A stretch of DNA of 12,462 bases from Selaginella moellendorffii (lineage: Eukaryota > Plantae > Lycopodiophyta). The stretch is from assembly GCF_000143415.4 (NCBI RefSeq), contig NW_003314564.1:1-12462 (forward strand), read 5' to 3'. The position numbers were made by a program, and so were the translations under genes. Under the pieces are notes generated by a model that did not search any database, was not told the origin of the DNA, and worked only from the letters and a program-made list of their open reading frames with translations. Positions 7,801-12,462 of this stretch are shown here, one piece after another. Within the stretch, counting starts at the first letter, position 1. Every line of letters begins with the position of its first letter.

Positions 7801-9261
7801 AGTTTCATTAGTCTTGATGAAAATAGTGTTAATGATTTGGCTATGGCTTTGTGTTATTGGCATTCATGCATTTGCTAGATAGCAACTATGTTGACGTTCA
7901 AACGAGCTGAATGGCAGGTTTGAGTTAGTTGCGTTCTAGACGAGATTATTTAGTAGGGGTTGAGCTTTGGCTTTTCCTTGAAAAGTGATTTAGTCGTGGA
8001 TTGTGCTAGCTCTACGAGCAGAAGAGTTAGTGATCAATATTGGAATGTTTGAATCCTTGTTGGATTGAATTGAAATATATCGATCATTGATGATTCTTCT
8101 TGTGCTTGTTATGAAGTGAGTTACGTTTTGCTATAGATGGATTCATGGAGGATCGTTTAGTGATCACTTGTCGGGCATTGCTTCGTTATGCTTAGCTTTT
8201 GGATTGATGCAGACATGCTCTTCATTAGCTTTGCATTATGGAGTTTAGCTTATGGATGTGTTGAAGAAAATGTTGTGGGTTGCACCATAATTTCTTCTTT
8301 AGCATTGAAGTTAGTTCATGTGAGACTTGTGATCATTGTTAGGAAAGACTTGGCTATAGACTTCTTCGAGCTTTTGGTTCTTTGAGTTTTATGCTCGTTG
8401 TTCCATTGGTTAGAAGTTGTTGGGGAAGACATTTTGGCTTATTAGCTTCAATGTTGAAGTTGGCTTTTGCATCTAGCAATCATTGGTGATGATTGACTAT
8501 CATCTAAGATAGTTGATTATCCTTGTCAAGGGTTTTGCTTGATTATTGTTGGTATAGACTGAGTTGCCGTTCTTCAGAATGGTAGATTCTTTCTTCAACG
8601 ATGATTATGCATTTCTTTATTGATGGGATGATTGATGATCTTTCATGGTGGTTAGTTATTCTCTTTGATGGCTTGTGGCTTTTCGCAATATCACATGTTC
8701 TTTGTGATTTACTCTGGATTGGTCTCTTGGGTTTGAGACATCAATAAGATGTTGTTGACACTTGTTTAGGCAACTTGAGTTCCTTGGTATTGTTGGCTGG
8801 GATCTATTCAGATTGGCTTTTGTAATAATTGACAGAACTGAGTGTTTGTTGGTCTTACCGCATTCATTCTCTTTTGTTGATTGTTGCTCGAGTTAGTTCT
8901 GATAGATTTGGGATGTTATTTCCTTTAGGTGATACATTCACGAGCATTTTGCTTGCTAGTCGATGATACTTTGTGTTCTTTAAGTTATCTTTGGTAAGTT
9001 GTTCGGCATACTATCTGCCATCTTCAGTAGTTAAGTTTCATCATTGAGTTTCCTTGATGATATACTTGCTATTGAATTTTGTTGCATGGCCAAACGTGAT
9101 GATCTTGGTGGTTCCTATACTATACTATTAGTTTATCGGATGATAACTTACTTGGAATACTTTTGTGTTCTAATCTAAGATATACTCATTGATAATTAAA
9201 TCTCTAAGATATCATTGTCTATGACTTTGATATTGTCCATCTATTAATCTTTGATTTTGGG
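4833..9261 (+). pseudogene. Heavily degenerated Ty3/Gypsy gag-pol internal region (non-coding relic, possibly chromovirus-type)
   Basis: No long ORF. By-eye colinear relics: gag LAGLMLAYWW (~5098-5127) and MDNGEALYHFV*/GL (~5557-5597); RT ELSLILTWSWWPCALAED..QL SCLSLRCWY (~6924-7019; cf. ELNKVTIKNKYPLPRIDD..QL..SKLDLRSGY) and VTE...LGYWVKY (7585-7632; cf. VTEVRSFLGLAGYYRRF); RNase H YIDH (~8076-8087; cf. YTDH) and RW (~8135); integrase DLAIDF (~8347), LVMIDY (~8483-8500), FHG (~8641), DW..L...SY (~8811-8858); weak chromodomain-like LLVY..TW..NL (~9125-9180). Confidence 0.7.
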
Positions 9262-10019
9262 CCCCGAGAGATCAAATAGTTGATGCTCTCAATCCAAGTG
9301 TGGGTGGCACTACCTACTTGGATACCAGGCGTGGCTCAACAGAACCTTGCTCTAAGCCCATGGCTAGAGCACCCAAATGCGGAAGGCAGGGAGAGTACCT
9401 TTAAGGCCCGCGTAGGGTCACAGTGTTTTGAAATGTTGTCCCAAAGTCCCAATCTGTGGAAAGGAAGAGGAGTAACCCTCTTGTGTGGTGACCAAGGACA
9501 CAGTCACACAGTGAGGAAATCCTAGAGGACCATGAGACTTAGCAGTCAGGCCTGTGGGCCTTGATACAGTGGCAGTGTTGGCGAATATGACCATGGAAAG
9601 AAAGGGACTTGGTGTGGACTGGAAAGGAGGTATTGGGGAAGGCTATTCCCCATATCTGTGGGCATCCTAAGGATGGTAAGGAGTGGATCTGAGATGACCA
9701 CTTATGGACAGATGGCCCAGTCTTGAAGATATAGGATTGCAATGCCGGTGGTGTTAGACCATTGATGTGACCAAGGTGAATGGGCATGGCTTAGCTTAAT
9801 GGGCTGATATGTTGGTGGTACCTTAGGGTGTTCATCATGAGATCGGACACGTGGAGCACTTGGACCAAGTGCAAAGGTTAAGTGGCATGGATGCCTTTCT
9901 CAGGGCAAGCAGGCCCCAAGTCCTGAATTGGACTTATGGAGGGTGTGAATAAAACTCCTCCAAGTGGTTGAAGGTATAGTTAAGTGACTAAAGTAGAATG
10001 GAAAAATTAATTGCTTACA
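9262..10019 (+). mobile_element. G-rich non-coding segment, probable continuation of the family-B repeat interrupted at 3684; right end uncertain (CTTACA at 10014-10019)
   Basis: Starts with CCCCG identical to 3680-3684; abrupt change from T-rich to purine/GG-rich composition like 3500-3684; GGACACGTGG at 9845-9854. Confidence 0.4.
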
Positions 10020-10834
10020 GCTCAATTCTTTTCTAGAAAACCTTGTTATTACTCCTTTTAAGTTATGGGATTCTTGATGAACATTGTGATTTGATATGTA
10101 TAAGTGGTTCTTTGTTCAATGGAAAGGATTACAAATTTGGCATAATATTCAATAAGCTAATCCTCCAAAACTTGTATATATACAACAATTAAAGTCACAA
10201 ATCCATTAATACCTTTTTTTGATATTCCTATTAGCCCATCAACAAAAGAAATTAACTACCTTGTATCCTTCTAAGAAGAGGCAATGATGTAAAGTCCATA
10301 TATATGGCTATGAGCATATTGATATTTTAATAGTTTTAATTTAGATTATTCTCTCTTATATAAAAGCTAGGGTTTTTAAGTTAATTGAATGTGCACATTT
10401 CTATATTCCATGTATTTATAATTTAAATTTATAATTCTTTATTTATTTTTTAATTAAAATAAAATTGTAATTTAGAAAAATTAATTTCCTAGCCACTAGC
10501 ACTAGCCCTAGGAACTCTAACTCCAGTGAGCTAGGGTCATCCTCTCAACTTGATTGAAGCACCATTACTAAATATTAAATAATATTTATTATTGTCTTAA
10601 TAATACTTTAGAAAAAATTAACAACATGAAAAATCAAATATTGCTTTTTCAATAGTAAATTATTTTAATATTTTTAGCTATAAATGAATTTTTTTAAAGA
10701 AATCTTATTTAAATCTTACTCATATTAGCGCATTTTACAACACCTCGATGCCAGTCCGTCCAACTTGCGATGGCTACTTGTTTCTTTCAGATTTGTCCTG
10801 ATCGGTTTCACAGTTAAAAGCGATTCTGCAGTGC

Positions 10835-10969
10835 TTAAAGATTACCTTTGCTCTTGGGAGCAAATTTGGACGGGCACACTGAAAATGCAAGCCGCCGCGC
10901 GGCAAATGCGAGAGTGAAACGCTCCTCTTCTGTGAGCAATCTCTCAATCACTTTAACCGTTATGAGGTC
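10835..10969 (-). CDS. LSF1: LSF1 terminal coding exon, DLITVKVIERLL...PKSKGNL*
   Basis: TTCAAG acceptor; TAA stop at 10835-10837. Confidence 0.9.
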   Translation of the reverse strand, partial: DLITVKVIERLLTEEERFTLAFAARRLAFSVCPSKFAPKSKGNL

Positions 10970-12462
10970 CTTGAAAAAGAAACATGTAAGAAAAACTTGA
11001 AAGAAGGAATGGACAAAGCACCTGTGGCATTGGCGAATGGATCACACCCTCGGGTGTCGTTGACGCTCGACCACCAACAAACAAGACGTTGTTTACGTTT
11101 CCCCATCTGTCCATCTCAGTTGGGAGACTGTTGGAGTGCCTCCACTGTCCGCCAACGATGAACTTGTATTGATACCTGCGAAGTTTTGATGATCGATCAT
11201 GGTTCTATATGAGATTCCGAGATCCATGACACATACTTCCCCTGTGGGACTCGAAGATCAACAATATACTTTGGCCCACTCGCGTGCGTAGCCTTTATAG
11301 GCTCGTTCCATCCGCCACCTTTAAAATCCCCCACGATCAAAACCTCTTCCCCCTGGGCTTCAAAAGATTACGTTTCACTCAATGGCTGAATGGTGGCTAT
11401 ACGTACCTCTTTGCAACCATGGTTCCACACAAACTGAACAGCGTGAGTAGGAGGTCCATCGTGGTTTCGTTTCTCCACCATGGCGATCAAATCCCAGGTG
11501 GCCCATACCAATGCTGGCCTGTAGCAACGAGCAAAGAAAGCATGAGTTTTAACGCCATCAGGCTTGAGAGACTCACCTGTCTGGACCACAGAGATGAAGG
11601 TTCGTGACGAAATCGACGGCACTCTGAAGCGGAACGTCTTGTATCCAATGCAAATAGGCAATGACACAAGCGGGAGCTCTATCCATGCCGCTCGTGCATG
11701 TAACGTATACGTGATGTCCGGCTCTCAAAAGCCGGTACAGAATTCCCACTGCGAGTGGGAGCTTTCTTCTCAGGTCGACGGTGTCGACGTCTCTGAAACG
11801 AAGGAAAACGGATAACTTTGCTCCGACACACTAGAAAGTAAAGTGCGTGCCTGATTGGACAATGTGCCAGGACCATTCCGTTTGCTTGAGCAGCTTCTGT
11901 AATAGAGCTCTTGTCAATGCCCCAGTTGAGTTGCTCGCTCTCGGATTGTAAGTTGAGAATTGCAGTGATACCCTGTGCAAGACAAAAGCAAGTTAACCAA
12001 GACCTGGAGATTGTCAAAGCTTGAAGCATACCATTTGTTTGAGCTGTTGCATTTCTGCTCCATTTTGTAAACAAGATCCCACGACGATGTGCTCTGTCAT
12101 CTGGAAACAAATAACGTTCGGAAAAAAATGAAAGACAATAAAGTAGAAACGCCATACCTTCGTGTAGCGAAGACCAAAACGATGGCTGTAAGTCAAGTCC
12201 TTTGAAGCTCTCAGCTGAGCGCTTGTAAACTCCTGAAGTTGAAAGTTGCCGTGCGACCACTCCACTTGTCCGTCCAGGTCTTCGTCCGTGCTGTACCTAG
12301 CTATGACCTCAAACGACGCTTCCAAGTTGTGCCATATATCTAGCTCGGCTCTCTCGGACCGTTCATTCTCGTCGTCATCGTCATCTTCATCGTCGACACC
12401 CGTAAAGAAGATCGCGAGCTGCCTGATCCCTTTGGGAAGCAAGAACCTCCAAGCGTATGTAA
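10835..12462 (-). CDS. LSF1: Phosphoglucan phosphatase-like protein LSF1 (Like SEX4 1), 5'-partial; complement(join(10835..10969,11022..11175,11237..11352,11407..11518,11577..11792,11851..11972,12032..12100,12158..>12462)); 408 aa visible
   Basis: Spliced frame is continuous and colinear with recalled plant LSF1: EWSHGNF..RYTKMTEHIVVGSCLQ..GITAILNLQS..NWGID..CPIRDVDTVDLRRKLPLAVG..VYVTCTSGMDRAPACVIAYLHW..PDRPALVWATWDLIAMVE..THAVQFVWN..GEEVLIVGDF..GKYQYKFIVGGQWRHS..GNVNN..KVIERLLTEEERF.LA.AARRLAFSVCP; six GT-AG introns and one GC-AG. Confidence 0.95.
11022..11175 (-). CDS. LSF1: LSF1 exon, CBM48 part 2 YQYKFIVGGQWRHS...SPMPQ
   Basis: TCGCAG acceptor, CAG/GTGCTT donor. Confidence 0.92.
11237..11352 (-). 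CDS. LSF1: LSF1 exon, CBM48 part 1 GEEVLIVGDF...RVPQG(K)
   Basis: GCCCAG acceptor, AA/GTATGT donor. Confidence 0.92.
11407..11518 (-). CDS. LSF1: LSF1 exon, PALVWATWDLIAMVE...WNHGCKE
   Basis: CTACAG acceptor, GAG/GTACGT donor. Confidence 0.93.
11577..11792 (-). CDS. LSF1: LSF1 exon containing the CX5R loop TCTSGMDR
   Basis: TTTCAG acceptor, AG/GTGAGT donor; not in the ORF track because it has no start codon. Confidence 0.93.
11851..11972 (-). CDS. LSF1: LSF1 exon, GITAILNLQS...AHCPI(R)
   Basis: GCACAG acceptor; non-canonical AG/GCACGC donor required by frame and homology. Confidence 0.88.
12032..12100 (-). CDS. LSF1: LSF1 exon, MTEHIVVGSCLQNGAEMQQLKQM (start of DSP domain)
   Basis: TTCCAG acceptor, ATG/GTATGC donor. 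Confidence 0.92.
12158..12462 (-). CDS. LSF1: LSF1 exon (5' end beyond window), TYAWRFLLPKG...RFGLRYTK
   Basis: Open frame to window edge; donor AAG/GTATGG at 12157. Confidence 0.88.

Noticed and set aside
10486-10548. CTAG-rich short inverted repeat (TTCCTAG...CTAGGAA) as a Helitron 3' end
   Set aside because: No GC-rich hairpin at the proper distance from a terminal CTRR and no matching 5' end identified
11284-11815. Plus-strand ORFs 11284..11607 and 11564..11815, and unspliced minus ORFs such as 11679..12260
   Set aside because: Antisense shadows or intron read-through of the spliced LSF1 gene

Overview
Eukaryotic (land-plant) genomic DNA. The uniformly tiny introns (52-61 nt) suggest a compact genome such as the lycophyte Selaginella, which is an inference. 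Positions 10835-12462 (minus strand) hold the 3' eight exons of a starch-associated glucan-phosphatase gene, LSF1 (Like-SEX4 1; DSP domain with TCTSGMDR, then CBM48). One of its introns is GC-AG, and the 5' part lies beyond the window. Positions 1-~10000 are a nested retrotransposon cluster with three components. (1) A fresh-looking 1135-bp LTR (3685-4819, +) is followed by a tRNA-iMet PBS and 4.4 kb of stop-riddled, G/T-skewed sequence. This still shows colinear gag, RT, RNase H, integrase and possibly chromodomain relics (Ty3/Gypsy order). PPT and 3' LTR are absent, but the left 5-bp flank CCCCG reappears at the junction. (2) An older, inverted, TSD-less copy of the same LTR (1328-2707) carries nested 193-bp and 50-bp duplications. 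(3) Three pieces of a second, minisatellite-bearing repeat family host both LTR copies and share an invariant core module with them. All protein-motif matches were made by eye from recalled consensus sequences; no searches were run.
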